A DNA stretch of 64,000 bases from a virus. The notes under the pieces are model-generated. The model was not told where the DNA came from. It searched no databases and was given only the letters and a program-made list of their open reading frames with translations. The stretch's first letter is position 1, and each line of letters opens with the position of its first letter. A program made the translations under genes and the position numbers. The stretch is taken from positions 27,107 through 91,106 of the IMG/VR virus record IMGVR_UViG_3300030329_003954; one strand, given 5' to 3'. Positions 1-10,264 of this stretch are shown here, piece by piece.

Positions 1-1
1 T

Positions 2-1840
2 GAAGAAGAAAACTACGTAGACATTGAAAAAGGTATATCGGAACCCTTTCTATTTGATCCTAATTTAAATTTCTTTAAAACTGAGCCAACCCAGGAAACC
101 ATTATTGTATCCAACAACCTAAATTTAAATGTATTCAAATCTGAAGTGACCGAAGAGGTTGCTAATTTACTTCAATCCAAAAATTCTACTGGTCCTTGGG
201 ATGAGATAACTCTTCAAAATTTATCGGACGATAAGTTGCTAATCAGCTTGAACCCTCTTCTATCAAATACTTTTCAATATTTAAGGTACCCTGGTGGTCA
301 ACCAATCGGTGTTTCTACGTTATTGAATGTCGTAAGAAAACATTTACTTGAGGGCACCATTGATGAATTCGATCCTAATTACTACTTACAAGCTGCTGAG
401 GGGCAACTAAATCAAAAGTTTGATGTGTTGGAAAGACCGAAGGACAAAGAGCTAGCCGACCGTCTAGCCATTAAATTTCTAACTAACGCTGCTAACACCT
501 ACGAGAATAGTAAAAATTCCTCGTGGAGAAACTTTCAAATCAATAGAGTTAGACCCCTTAATGAAGACGTTAAATTACAGGTGGCTGTTACAACTTTAGA
601 CGGCACAGTAAAAGATTTAAATATACCTAATGATGGTTTTGAAGTTAGCACACTTAGTGCGGTGGGTCAGGTAACTATCCCAGCTTTGGGTGCTCCAAAC
701 AAACTAAACATTGGAGATGGTGGCGGTTATTACATTGATGCTTTAAAGTCTGGTAATGAGGCAGACGCTGTGTACACAGGTAATATTATACCTGATTCAT
801 ATTATGCCCCTCCGTCAGTTAGATTGAAAGTTCTAGAGATGCTGGATATAGATCCAGCCATCACTATTACGGCATCATCAATTCCAAATCAACATGAATT
901 TATCGCGGGAGATCTCGGTGCCTCTGCCACAAAGCCTCTGTATTTCATTCTTGACCTAAGTTCTGTTAATGGAAATTATGCTAGCAATTCGTTGGTTGAG
1001 AATTATAGCGGAACTTACACACTGCTCACCGCTTCCGCAGACATTCAAAGACACGTAAACAATAACGCTTTGAATACCCCTATGCTTTCTATTGATTACA
1101 GAGATCCAATATACAGATACATTCTTGATACTTCTGGATTTACGGCATCACTCAACGACTTCAACCTTAATGGATTTAAAGACAAAGGGTTCTCTTCGAT
1201 AGGATCGCGTTTTGTTAAAAATATACCTTTTGGATTTGTAGTAACTCCAGTTGCTGGTGGTAAATATAATCCATTTAACGGAAATTCAAATCTGAAAACT
1301 CACGGTGAGACTCATGTAAGATCTCTCTCTGTACTACCTGCAACAGATGCTTTCATTGACGGAGGTAATCCGCCCATGTTCAGATCTTATAGTTTAAATG
1401 TTGTAAGCGGAGTAAATAGTGTCGGTAATGGTGAAGAGGAGAGTGATCAAAATATTGGGTATCAATATTTGGAAGAAGATTTCACACAAACCTTCTATTC
1501 CGCCAGTTCCGACGAATATGGCACTAGCTCCACGCCTGTATCCGCTCAAGGCACGGCTTACATGCTTAGAGAGGTTATTGATTATTTGTCGTCAACCTAT
1601 AGCACCACAACGCTAACTTGGTATGACGTTTTCAGTAGGATGCCCATTAATAAGATGGGTCAAGTTTTCTACGACAGTGATAAAGATTTAATACTTAAAA
1701 TTGCAAATGGCCTAAGGGGCGGCATCAAAATAGAAAATATCGAGGCGGGATTTAATACCTCGTCTAGGATTATTGCGGAAGACTCTAAAACTATCGTATC
1801 CTCGGAGGATAGGAAGAACGTTAGTAAGATTAGAGTATAA
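2..1840 (+). CDS. 5'-partial large hypothetical protein, probably virion structural
   Basis: Frame is open from base 2, so the true start lies upstream of the window; S/T/G/N-rich; adjacent to the head module. Confidence 0.6.
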   Translation, partial: EEENYVDIEKGISEPFLFDPNLNFFKTEPTQETIIVSNNLNLNVFKSEVTEEVANLLQSKNSTGPWDEITLQNLSDDKLLISLNPLLSNTFQYLRYPGGQPIGVSTLLNVVRKHLLEGTIDEFDPNYYLQAAEGQLNQKFDVLERPKDKELADRLAIKFLTNAANTYENSKNSSWRNFQINRVRPLNEDVKLQVAVTTLDGTVKDLNIPNDGFEVSTLSAVGQVTIPALGAPNKLNIGDGGGYYIDALKSGNEADAVYTGNIIPDSYYAPPSVRLKVLEMLDIDPAITITASSIPNQHEFIAGDLGASATKPLYFILDLSSVNGNYASNSLVENYSGTYTLLTASADIQRHVNNNALNTPMLSIDYRDPIYRYILDTSGFTASLNDFNLNGFKDKGFSSIGSRFVKNIPFGFVVTPVAGGKYNPFNGNSNLKTHGETHVRSLSVLPATDAFIDGGNPPMFRSYSLNVVSGVNSVGNGEEESDQNIGYQYLEEDFTQTFYSASSDEYGTSSTPVSAQGTAYMLREVIDYLSSTYSTTTLTWYDVFSRMPINKMGQVFYDSDKDLILKIANGLRGGIKIENIEAGFNTSSRIIAEDSKTIVSSEDRKNVSKIRV

Positions 1841-1893
1841 TTTTATAAAATTTATTCAGAGAAATTGAGTACATAGTAATACAGGAGTATATT

Positions 1894-2259
1894 ATGCGTT
1901 ACATTAATGTTGAAGATGACTACGTCGGTAAGATTCTTGCCGCCAACCAACTCGTTGAATCGAAAGAGGTGAACGAGGCTCAAGAAGTTGAGACCGTTGA
2001 AGAGGCTTGTGAAGAAGGCCATGTTTGCCCGCTGTGTGAGTCGGAGTTAGATGCCCCGATCTCGGAAGAGGCGATGCAAGAGTGTGTGGACTTCATCCTT
2101 GGCACCATCAACGAAGCCCTTGAGCAAGATGGTGAGTTCCTTGAGGAAGACGAGGACCTCGATGAAGCCGAAGATAACGACGACGAGGACGAGGACGACG
2201 ACAAGAAGAAGAACGGCAAGAAGAAGGACGACGACGAAGATGACGACGACGAAGAGTGA
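1894..2259 (+). CDS. Acidic hypothetical protein with CxxC, probable prohead core/internal protein
   Basis: AGGAG SD; CPLC; D/E-rich tail; LVE/VNE/INE motifs like T4 gp21 cleavage sites. Confidence 0.6.
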   Translation: MRYINVEDDYVGKILAANQLVESKEVNEAQEVETVEEACEEGHVCPLCESELDAPISEEAMQECVDFILGTINEALEQDGEFLEEDEDLDEAEDNDDEDEDDDKKKNGKKKDDDEDDDDEE

Positions 2260-2268
2260 GGTTAAAAG

Positions 2269-2718
2269 ATGAGTGCTAGCACTAAAGATCTTTTAGCCCT
2301 CTCCGAAGGCATCCTAGCTCAAACTCCTCCCGTGAAGGAGGCGTCTGTCCCCACTGTGGAAAGTCCAGTCATGGCGAGTCCTATGGTGGGGAGACCTGTC
2401 GAGGATGGTGGTATAGAGTCTGTCGTTGTACCCAACTCTTATGTTGATCAGATTGTTGGTTTCAGTAACGCTTTAAACGAAAGCTCTGACCCCGAAAAGA
2501 AACAAGAAATGATGCCTGTGTTTGAGCCTATCTCAGAGGCAGGCATACTGAAAGAGAGGCTTGAAACTTTAGTAGAGCATCTTAAGCAATTGTTGAAAGA
2601 AGCGAGAGATGTCATGGAAGAGATGACAACCACTGGCATGATTGGCGTTAACCTAGTTGCTAATAAGAAAAAGAAATATGGATCTCGTAAACGTAATAAA
2701 AGAAACAAGAGCAAGTAA
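2269..2718 (+). CDS. Hypothetical head-module protein
   Basis: GAGG SD; LSE/LNE/ISE motifs. Confidence 0.6.
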   Translation: MSASTKDLLALSEGILAQTPPVKEASVPTVESPVMASPMVGRPVEDGGIESVVVPNSYVDQIVGFSNALNESSDPEKKQEMMPVFEPISEAGILKERLETLVEHLKQLLKEARDVMEEMTTTGMIGVNLVANKKKKYGSRKRNKRNKSK

Positions 2719-3076
2719 AGCTCGGGGGTCTGCTGAAGGTAGATCTAAAATGAAAAAGGGTGGGGCTAAAACCAAAGCCTCTAAATCCCGTGTTAAAGTT
2801 TACGACTCTATTACAACTGCTTTAAAGAAAGGCTTTGTTGGTCAAATCTTCTCTACAAAAAATTCAAACCGTCTTTATGTCATTACTAAGCGTAAGTGGG
2901 GTAAAGATGATGAGCAGGAAGTTGGAGGTCGTGTTGCCAAAGGATTCTCTCCCGGCACCATACCCTCCAAGTTTTCAGATGTGAAGAAATATGCCGTCAG
3001 AACTCTGGTCAGGCATGGTAAGCAAAAATCCAGTAAGTTCAAGAGCAAGAAATACTGGTCTCGCAAGCAGAAATAG
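2678..3076 (+). CDS. Highly basic hypothetical protein, possible internal DNA-binding head protein
   Basis: ATG at 2678 (MDLVNVIKET) preferred; K/R-rich. Confidence 0.55.
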   Translation: MDLVNVIKETRASKARGSAEGRSKMKKGGAKTKASKSRVKVYDSITTALKKGFVGQIFSTKNSNRLYVITKRKWGKDDEQEVGGRVAKGFSPGTIPSKFSDVKKYAVRTLVRHGKQKSSKFKSKKYWSRKQK

Positions 3077-3084
3077 GATTTATT

Positions 3085-4320
3085 ATGTTACTCGTCGAGT
3101 GCAATGTTTTAGAAAAGGTAGAAGTTATTAATGAAGGCAAAGAGGGTAACACCCGCCTTCGTCTGCGAGGCAAGTTCCAACAATGCGATGAGCAGAACAA
3201 TAACGGAAGAATCTATCCTAGAAAGATTCTGGAGGGCCAAGTTAAAGCCATTCAGGAGAAGATCGGTGATCGCTCTTTAGTTGGTGCTCTCGATCACCCA
3301 GCCAATGATGCTATTCACCTTTCGCAGGCTTCCCACCTTATCACTGGTTTGAATGTTGCTAAGGATGGCTCCGTCATAGGTGAGTGTGAGATTCTCTCGA
3401 CTCCCAACGGCAAGATTGTTGAAGCTCTTATTAATGACGGTGTGAAGATTGGGATCTCCAGCCGTGGTGTCGGTAGTGTTACAGAGGGCATCAAGGGTAA
3501 GATTGTCAACGAAGACTTTAAACTTATCACGTTTGACCTTGTATCGGATCCGTCCACACGAGGCGCTTTCCCTGAGCTTTCTGAGTCTATGCGTGAGAAC
3601 AGTCAGCGTGCTCAAGAGATTGTCTCCAAGCACAAGAAAGATCGAGTTCTGCTCACCATGCTGGAGAGCAAGATCAGTGAGGCTTTGAAGGGCAAGCAGA
3701 AGAAGCTTGATAAGAACAAGAATAACAAGATCGATTCCGAAGACTTCAAGATGCTCAGAGGTGAAAAGAAAGATGACGATAGCATGGACGAAAAATCGTT
3801 TCCTGATTTAAGTGGTGACGGCAAGGTCACGATGAAGGACATCCTTATGGGCCGTGGTGTCATTAAGAAAGGTAAGAAGAAAAAGTCTATGGAAGAGGGG
3901 AGTATTAAAGATGATCCAGAAGCTTTCAAGAAAGCTAAGGCTAAAGCGAAAGCTAAAGGCCAGCAAACAGAAATGCCCAAACCCAAAGAAAGCATCGACA
4001 TTGGAGCGGTGGCAGTTGAAGGCCTAAAGAAAGTTTGCTGGGGTGATCGACACGATGAAGGCGAGACGAAAAGAATGAATAAGCGCAGAAGACAAGCCAT
4101 GGATACACGAGCCGGAGCACAGAGGCCAAGTCTTGACACGCCAGATACGGCCCGCTCAAAAGCTTATGATGCTCTCAAAGGTGACTTTAGTCGAGTGGCA
4201 AAATCCTACCTTAAGGCCAAGGAATATGGCAGAAGCGGTGAAGCAGCAGCAGCCAGAGCACGCGCTAGAGCGACCGGAGTGAGAGCACCTGTAAAGCCCA
4301 AAAAACGAAACAATCAATAA
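3085..4320 (+). CDS. gp21: Prohead core protease (T4 gp21-like) with long charged C-terminal extension
   Basis: N.NGRIYP, GALDHP, GISSRGVGS, FDLVSDPS motifs. Confidence 0.93.
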   Translation: MLLVECNVLEKVEVINEGKEGNTRLRLRGKFQQCDEQNNNGRIYPRKILEGQVKAIQEKIGDRSLVGALDHPANDAIHLSQASHLITGLNVAKDGSVIGECEILSTPNGKIVEALINDGVKIGISSRGVGSVTEGIKGKIVNEDFKLITFDLVSDPSTRGAFPELSESMRENSQRAQEIVSKHKKDRVLLTMLESKISEALKGKQKKLDKNKNNKIDSEDFKMLRGEKKDDDSMDEKSFPDLSGDGKVTMKDILMGRGVIKKGKKKKSMEEGSIKDDPEAFKKAKAKAKAKGQQTEMPKPKESIDIGAVAVEGLKKVCWGDRHDEGETKRMNKRRRQAMDTRAGAQRPSLDTPDTARSKAYDALKGDFSRVAKSYLKAKEYGRSGEAAAARARARATGVRAPVKPKKRNNQ

Positions 4321-4336
4321 ACCCAAGGAATGAACC

Positions 4337-4822
4337 ATGTCAAAACATGAAGACTATGACGATTACAACACCGGAAAGCAGACATTTATTGTGAAAGACG
4401 AAAAGGCAGCACTGAAGATGAAGCGGGAGGAGGCGAAAGCCGCCCGTGATAAGTATAAGGCTGTCGTAGCTCGCGAGAGAGAAGAAAAGGCTGCTGAACG
4501 TGCTATTCAAAGAGATAAGATTCAACTTGAATTAACTAAGCTGAAGCTGTCTCAGAGTGCTAGTGAGAAAGCTCGTACTAACATCGCTCTCACAACGCCT
4601 GCTCTTCTTGTTCTGTTGATTGGTGGCTTCATTGCCATGCTTGGCACAGGCTCTATCCCTGATGATCAAGTATCAGTTGCTTCAGCATTGTTAACTCTTG
4701 TAGCAACCGCTTTAATGCAAAACTTACGATCCATCGTGTCTGAAGGTGCTGCTGAAGCATCTGATGCCAATGGCAACGGTAATGGTCGTGATGACAAAAA
4801 GTCTAAGGAATCTAAGAAATGA
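4337..4822 (+). CDS. Membrane protein: coiled coil plus two transmembrane helices
   Basis: Hydrophobic segments PALLVLLIGGFIAMLG and VASALLTLVATALM. Confidence 0.6.
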   Translation: MSKHEDYDDYNTGKQTFIVKDEKAALKMKREEAKAARDKYKAVVAREREEKAAERAIQRDKIQLELTKLKLSQSASEKARTNIALTTPALLVLLIGGFIAMLGTGSIPDDQVSVASALLTLVATALMQNLRSIVSEGAAEASDANGNGNGRDDKKSKESKK

Positions 4823-5376
4823 CCGACAAGTCTAAAGTTTTAGACAAGATTGCAAAGGAGTTGGACAAGGCTGTCGAACTCCATGCCAGTCAAGCTAAAA
4901 GGATTAGAGCATTATTGAATAAAAAAAGCGAAGCCAACGAGTCTCTCATCTACGAAGACTTACGTAAATGGGTTCAACAACGCTGGGTTGATATCGGTGC
5001 TCCTAAGAAAGGTGGCGGTTTTAAACCCTGCGGTCGTCAAAAAGGTGAGAAACGCAAGGGGTATCCAAAGTGTGTGCCCGCTGCGAAAGCTGCTCGTATG
5101 AGCAAAGGTCAGAGAAGATCTGCTGTTAAACGTAAAAGAGCAGCAGGAAATCCAGGAGGTAAACCTACCATGGTTTCTACATTTAAGAATAGAGCTAAGA
5201 AAAGAGAAGCCTTTGAAAGGCTTGGTCAAATAATTGAAGGTAAGTTATGTCCTAAGGGAAAAGCTGCTGCGAAACGTAAGTTCGCTGTCTACCCTTCGGC
5301 ATATGCTAACATGTACGCTTCGGCTGTTTGTAGTGGCAAGGTAACCCCTGGAGGTAAGAAGGGTAAGAAAAAATAA
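4819..5376 (+). CDS. Basic Cys-containing phage protein, probable internal head protein
   Basis: EDLRKW...WVDI, PCGR...YPKCVP, YPSAYAN modules recurrent in T4-like phage hypothetical proteins. Confidence 0.6.
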   Translation: MTDKSKVLDKIAKELDKAVELHASQAKRIRALLNKKSEANESLIYEDLRKWVQQRWVDIGAPKKGGGFKPCGRQKGEKRKGYPKCVPAAKAARMSKGQRRSAVKRKRAAGNPGGKPTMVSTFKNRAKKREAFERLGQIIEGKLCPKGKAAAKRKFAVYPSAYANMYASAVCSGKVTPGGKKGKKK

Positions 5377-5426
5377 TTGGTATTAAAAACATACTAATAC
5401 CCTACATACCTACATAGAGGTTTAAC

Positions 5427-6080
5427 ATGTCGCAACAAAAAGATATTTTAGATTCGGTTGCTGAGTATCTTCCTGAGGGTCTGGATGAAAGCACCCTTGA
5501 AAAGGTATCTGAGCTTGTCGCTGTGATCATTGAACAGCGCGTCGAAGAGCAAGTTAGTGACCTGTCCACGAAGGTCCAATCTTTTATTCGTGGTAACATT
5601 GAGAAGCTGAAAGAGCAAGCCCTTAAAGAGCTTGAACTTGAAAACGAGACGTTCCGTAACGCTCAAATGTTCGAAACCGTCCGCTCGATGTTTGCACTAG
5701 AGAACACCCAGCAAGATGAAATGAACGGCATGGAAGTTCTCGCGTCCCTTGGCGAGCAGCAGGAAGAGAAGAACCAAGCTCTGCTCCGTCAGGTTGATAA
5801 GCTCCTTAAGGAGAACGTTAACCTGAAGCGTCAGTCTAAGGTCGCAAATGATAAGAACCAAAAGTTAGAAGAGGCTTTGCAAACAATCCATGGTGAAATG
5901 GAAAGTCTGCAAGAATCTAATAACGCTGAGAGGCAACTCTCGGAAACGGCACTGGTCATCAGTGAGGATAACTTCAAAGTGAAGGAAGCTGATGAAAAGT
6001 TAAATGAAAACCACGCTGGCCACGGTAATGAGTGGATCAATCAAGGCGTGTTAGCAAAACTCAACAGTTATAGAGGTTAA
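5427..6080 (+). CDS. gp22: Prohead core scaffold protein (gp22-like)
   Basis: Acidic coiled coil directly upstream of capsid gene; many LxE sites. Confidence 0.75.
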   Translation: MSQQKDILDSVAEYLPEGLDESTLEKVSELVAVIIEQRVEEQVSDLSTKVQSFIRGNIEKLKEQALKELELENETFRNAQMFETVRSMFALENTQQDEMNGMEVLASLGEQQEEKNQALLRQVDKLLKENVNLKRQSKVANDKNQKLEEALQTIHGEMESLQESNNAERQLSETALVISEDNFKVKEADEKLNENHAGHGNEWINQGVLAKLNSYRG

Positions 6081-6082
6081 TT

Positions 6083-7774
6083 ATGACCGCAATTGATAGA
6101 AACGATTTACTGAAGCGTTGGGAACCACTCCTTGAAGGTATCGGGGATGATCACATCGCGTACCAGACTGCTCGTCTCTTTGAAAACCAAGCCAAAGAAT
6201 TCACGAAGCAGACTCTGAATGAAGAATTAAGCCCTGCGGCTACGACCACAGGTAAGATCGGCACTTTCCAAAAGTTCGCCTTCCCGCTGATTCGTCGCAC
6301 CTACCCTGAGCTTATGTTCAACAAGATCGGTGCCACGCAAGCGATGGACGGCCCGGTGTCGCAAATCTTCTACATGGGCAACTCGCGTGCTCTGGGTGGT
6401 GATATCGAGCAAACGATGTACTCGAAGTTCAACATCACTCCGCGTAACCTGACTGCCACGAAGATTGGTTCTTACGATGGTTCTGCACCAAGTGAACTGC
6501 TCGATGATTGGACCACTGGTGGCACTTTTGCTAGCGGTTTACAAAACAGAGCTAGCACCAACTCAACCTCTAGCTTTGATAACGTCGCTTCGTCCTTCGA
6601 TCTGTCCAACGTTATCAGTGATGTGAACGGTTCGCCCTCGACCACGATGGGTGGTAAGCTTGCTTCGTTCCCGAGTGGCACCTCGATCCTGGGTTACGCT
6701 GTTTCCGCCGCTGAAAGGTTGAAGAGCAACGAGATTCCTGAGGTCAACCTGCACATCCAAAAGCAAACGGTTCAAGCGCGTGAGCGTAAGATGAGAGCCC
6801 TTTGGACTCTGGAAGCTGCTCAAGACCTGAAGGCTTACCACAACCTGGATATGGAAGCTGAACTCACGGATCTGCTGTCGAAGGAAATGAACCTTGAAAT
6901 CGACCGTGAACTGATCGAAGACATCCGCATGCTTGCTTACGGCCCTGCCGCTGTCGGCTCACTTGGTGGCTGGACTCTCGATTCGCTTTACCAAGGCGGT
7001 GCTGATAACTTCACCGGCATGGGTGGTACGGGAGCTAACAATACTGGCCCTGGTGGCACTTTTGTTGCTGGCGCTTACGAATACGACTTCTCGACGGCTC
7101 TGACCAACGAGGACAAGACTCCTGCTGGTCAAGGCGGTGGTATGGATCGTAAGTACTCGAACATCTTCGTCATGGACCTTAAGCAGTTCATTGAAGGTTC
7201 GCAGACCAACCTTCGTCCGAGACACCTCGGTGAAGTGTACTCGAATGTCCTTGCTCTGATTAACTTCGCGAGCACCGACATCTACAAGACGACCCTACGT
7301 GGGCCGGGTAACGTCCTGGTTTGCTCGCCTGTCATGGCGTCGATGCTGGAGTCGGCTGCGAAGCTTGAGGGTGGTATCGATCGCACTGAAGGTCCGACCA
7401 ACATGGGTGCCAACCAGATCTCTTACGCTGGTAAGTTCGCTGGTAAGTACGACATGATCATCGATCCGATGTTCCCAGAGGACGAAATCATTGTTGGCTA
7501 CAAGGGCAACAACGCGATGGACGCTGGCTACTTCTACTGCCCGTACATCCCGCTGCAAACTCTGGATACCGTTACGGATCCTGAGACCTTCCAGCCGAGA
7601 AAGGGCATCCTGACTCGCTACGGCAAGGTTGCGGTTCAACCCGCCTCGCGCTTCTACCGCGTCATTCGTGTTATCGGTCAAGGTAGTGACTTCCTCACGC
7701 CGCAGATCTTCAGAAACACGGGCCATGGTGGCACGGCGTTCGCTGGTGACTACGCTGTGGGTGGCGATCTCTAA
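6083..7774 (+). CDS. gp23: Major capsid protein (gp23-like)
   Basis: FPLIRR, RKMRALWTLEAAQDLKAYH, EIDRE, YCPYIPL, TFQPRKGILTRYG. Confidence 0.97.
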   Translation: MTAIDRNDLLKRWEPLLEGIGDDHIAYQTARLFENQAKEFTKQTLNEELSPAATTTGKIGTFQKFAFPLIRRTYPELMFNKIGATQAMDGPVSQIFYMGNSRALGGDIEQTMYSKFNITPRNLTATKIGSYDGSAPSELLDDWTTGGTFASGLQNRASTNSTSSFDNVASSFDLSNVISDVNGSPSTTMGGKLASFPSGTSILGYAVSAAERLKSNEIPEVNLHIQKQTVQARERKMRALWTLEAAQDLKAYHNLDMEAELTDLLSKEMNLEIDRELIEDIRMLAYGPAAVGSLGGWTLDSLYQGGADNFTGMGGTGANNTGPGGTFVAGAYEYDFSTALTNEDKTPAGQGGGMDRKYSNIFVMDLKQFIEGSQTNLRPRHLGEVYSNVLALINFASTDIYKTTLRGPGNVLVCSPVMASMLESAAKLEGGIDRTEGPTNMGANQISYAGKFAGKYDMIIDPMFPEDEIIVGYKGNNAMDAGYFYCPYIPLQTLDTVTDPETFQPRKGILTRYGKVAVQPASRFYRVIRVIGQGSDFLTPQIFRNTGHGGTAFAGDYAVGGDL

Positions 7775-7801
7775 GATCTAGCACTCAGCTAACAACGGAA
7801 G

Positions 7802-7833
7802 AAAGGGCTCAGTTTTATACTGAGTCCTTTTTT
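7802..7833 (+). terminator. Rho-independent terminator
   Basis: AAAGGGCTCAGT-TTTAT-ACTGAGTCCTTT stem plus T run after capsid gene. Confidence 0.85.
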
Positions 7834-7844
7834 CATTTCTAGGG

Positions 7845-7850
7845 TAAATA
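7845..7850 (+). promoter_or_regulatory. Putative late promoter (GG)TAAATA
   Basis: TAAATA 8 nt before gp13 ATG; same motif before 10011(+), 21979(-), 45228(-), 52285(-), 53463(-); resembles T4 TATAAATA. Confidence 0.6.
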
Positions 7851-7858
7851 TATTTGTT

Positions 7859-8731
7859 ATGCCTGAGTATGGAGACAAAGTAGTAGTACCAGTCGTTAGA
7901 TCCTACGGATCTTCCTACGGCACATATGGTGGTAATCGCCTTAAAGATTACAAAAGTCCGAAGGATACTGATTTAAATAATAAGGATGCCAAGGACGTAA
8001 ACGAGTTTAAGACCTTTAACAGGACTATAAAAGACTACGTTCTGGCAAAGCTAGGGCATCCAGTCATTGATGTTGAACTTGATGACTTTCAAATTCAAAT
8101 ATGTGTGGATGAAGCCATCTCTAAATTAGAGTATCATGCTCCTGATTGGATGACACAGTACGCTGTCTTTAAGACAGAAGCAAATAAGAATGTTTACGAA
8201 CTTCCTCAAGAGATTGCAGACAACTTAAATGACTGTTGGTATCGCAGAGATTTTTTCAAGTTTGGTGCAAACCCTGGCTCACTTGAGTTTGATTTTGCTA
8301 TCATGTTCTTTACGAATACTGGTTTATTTAACAATTACAATGTTAGCCAGTATCTTCTTATGCAGCAATACCTAAAACAAGTTAAGAATGTTTTAGGTCA
8401 GATGTCTACATGGCAACTCGTTAACAACAAGTTTCTGCATATTTGGCCAGTGCCCGAGAACAACGACGAGGATGTTCTCTTAGAGTTTAGAGCTTTTGAT
8501 CCTAATACTCTACACCATGCGTATAAGAGTTGGTTGCAGAGATACACTTTAGCATTAGCCAAAGAAATTCTAGGTGGTATCAGAGGTAAATATGCGACTC
8601 TTCCTGGCCCTGGCGGTGGCACGAGACTGAATGGTGCTGAATTATCTGCTGAAGCTCAGAGAGAGAAAGAGATGCTTGTAGAGGAACTCAAAACTGAGAT
8701 CGAACCACCTGCGTTATTTGATATCTTCTAA
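7859..8731 (+). CDS. gp13: Neck protein (gp13-like)
   Basis: KLGHPVIDVELDDFQI, WLQRYTLALAK..LG..RGKY, LPG.G.TRLNG. Confidence 0.88.
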   Translation: MPEYGDKVVVPVVRSYGSSYGTYGGNRLKDYKSPKDTDLNNKDAKDVNEFKTFNRTIKDYVLAKLGHPVIDVELDDFQIQICVDEAISKLEYHAPDWMTQYAVFKTEANKNVYELPQEIADNLNDCWYRRDFFKFGANPGSLEFDFAIMFFTNTGLFNNYNVSQYLLMQQYLKQVKNVLGQMSTWQLVNNKFLHIWPVPENNDEDVLLEFRAFDPNTLHHAYKSWLQRYTLALAKEILGGIRGKYATLPGPGGGTRLNGAELSAEAQREKEMLVEELKTEIEPPALFDIF

Positions 8732-9276
8732 TGTCTAGATTTAAGGTAAATACCCCTCCTACAAATTTTCCAACGGAGAGGGACACTAGGTTATCGTTAT
8801 TCAAAAAGAAGAACGATAAGAATCTCTTTAATATGGTGGACTACGAAAACATTAAGTTGTCTGGTTCACGAATTAAAGTGTTTGAATACATACCCTCTAA
8901 TGACATTGATGATGTGTATCAAGAATCCAGACAGAAAACAATTGCTCAAGAACCAGTAACTGTTTGGGCTCACTATGATCCTCGACCAATAGAGGAGAAC
9001 CTTTCTCAATTTGGTGTTGAGATGCAAATAGATCAGGTGTTTGTATTTAATAAATCTTACACGGAAAACTCCTTGGGTAGATCAATCGCTATTGGTGACG
9101 TTCTTCAACCTGAGTTTCAAGAGATGAAGTTTGAAGTGTTTGAGGTTCAAGAGGATAGCTTTGAAGCCTATGGTGTTTATCACTTAATGGTACACGCGAA
9201 ACTCCTCAGAGACTCTCAAGACATTCACAATCAAGATTTCTTTGATCGTCCTGATCAGGTAGGAGGCAGATACTAA
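8731..9276 (+). CDS. gp14: Neck/head completion protein (gp14-like)
   Basis: DDVYQE, LSQFG..QIDQ, GDVL; TAATG-coupled to gp13. Confidence 0.75.
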   Translation: MSRFKVNTPPTNFPTERDTRLSLFKKKNDKNLFNMVDYENIKLSGSRIKVFEYIPSNDIDDVYQESRQKTIAQEPVTVWAHYDPRPIEENLSQFGVEMQIDQVFVFNKSYTENSLGRSIAIGDVLQPEFQEMKFEVFEVQEDSFEAYGVYHLMVHAKLLRDSQDIHNQDFFDRPDQVGGRY

Positions 9277-9959
9277 TGCGTAAGGAATCACTTAAAAGCG
9301 ACTTGAGTGTGCGAAACAAAATAGTTGATCTTACATCAACCAAGCTTTTGCCTGTAATTGATAACGTCTATAAAGAGAGCCTTCGTAGCATGTTACACAT
9401 CTTTGGTAACATGTACTACATTGATGGTAACGGGAATAGAATTAAGATCAATTGCTCGCATGGTAACCCTGAAAGAATAGCGGGTCGCTTAAAGGCAGAT
9501 AATACGTTAATTCTCCCTATGATCACAGTTGTGGAGACTCAAACAGAGAGCGATCAGAATAGGATGAGATATCAAAACATCATAAGTGAGAAAGCTTATG
9601 ATCCTAAAAAACGTAGAGCCACACGAGTCCTCAGCTTACCACCCAGACCAATAAATATTACGTATGAGGTCAATCTGTGGTGTAAGTACAAAGCTGATTT
9701 AGACATGATTAGGTCCAATATCTTCTCGATGTTTAGCCCTGATTTAAACATTGAAACCCTCTATTCGGTCCATAATAAAGCCTTCATAAATAACGAACGA
9801 GAGGTCGGAAATGTTACCGCGTCTGACACTGGGGACAGGATCCTTCAGAAGACCTTGTCCATCACTTTAGAGACCTACATACCCAGTCCTAAGTTTGCGT
9901 TTACAAATACGGGTGAAATTGAGGAGTTTAATTTCAATATCACCCTCGATGAAAGCTGA
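9276..9959 (+). CDS. gp15: Tail terminator / sheath stabiliser (gp15-like)
   Basis: LILPMI, P.PINITYEV motif, synteny. Confidence 0.7.
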   Translation: MRKESLKSDLSVRNKIVDLTSTKLLPVIDNVYKESLRSMLHIFGNMYYIDGNGNRIKINCSHGNPERIAGRLKADNTLILPMITVVETQTESDQNRMRYQNIISEKAYDPKKRRATRVLSLPPRPINITYEVNLWCKYKADLDMIRSNIFSMFSPDLNIETLYSVHNKAFINNEREVGNVTASDTGDRILQKTLSITLETYIPSPKFAFTNTGEIEEFNFNITLDES

Positions 9960-10010
9960 AATTAACTATTTTTAAATCTCTAGGGTAGTAAATATAGTAG
10001 GAGCTTTTAT

Positions 10011-10262
10011 ATGAAAATTGTTAAAAATACAAGTATGCAAGGTTTAAACATACCCTTCGGAACACCGGATGGTACTAAAACTTTTTTCTTGGCTCCTAAG
10101 GATAGGCTTGAAGTTCCTCCTACATGGAAAAGCAAGATTGCGGAGAACTTGGTTCATCGCAGATTAGTAAAAATAATCAACATCGCAGATCCGGCTCCCA
10201 AGCAAGCAGTGCCTGTCCAACCTAACCTTAAGAATAAAAAAACCATCCGTAAAAGTAGTTAA
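10011..10262 (+). CDS. Small hypothetical tail-region protein
   Basis: TAAATA and AGGAG upstream; precedes sheath gene. Confidence 0.6.
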   Translation: MKIVKNTSMQGLNIPFGTPDGTKTFFLAPKDRLEVPPTWKSKIAENLVHRRLVKIINIADPAPKQAVPVQPNLKNKKTIRKSS

Positions 10263-10264
10263 TC

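Noticed and set aside
2147-2256. GAC/GAA/AAG low-complexity run
   Set aside because: Encodes the acidic/lysine tail; not a separate repeat element
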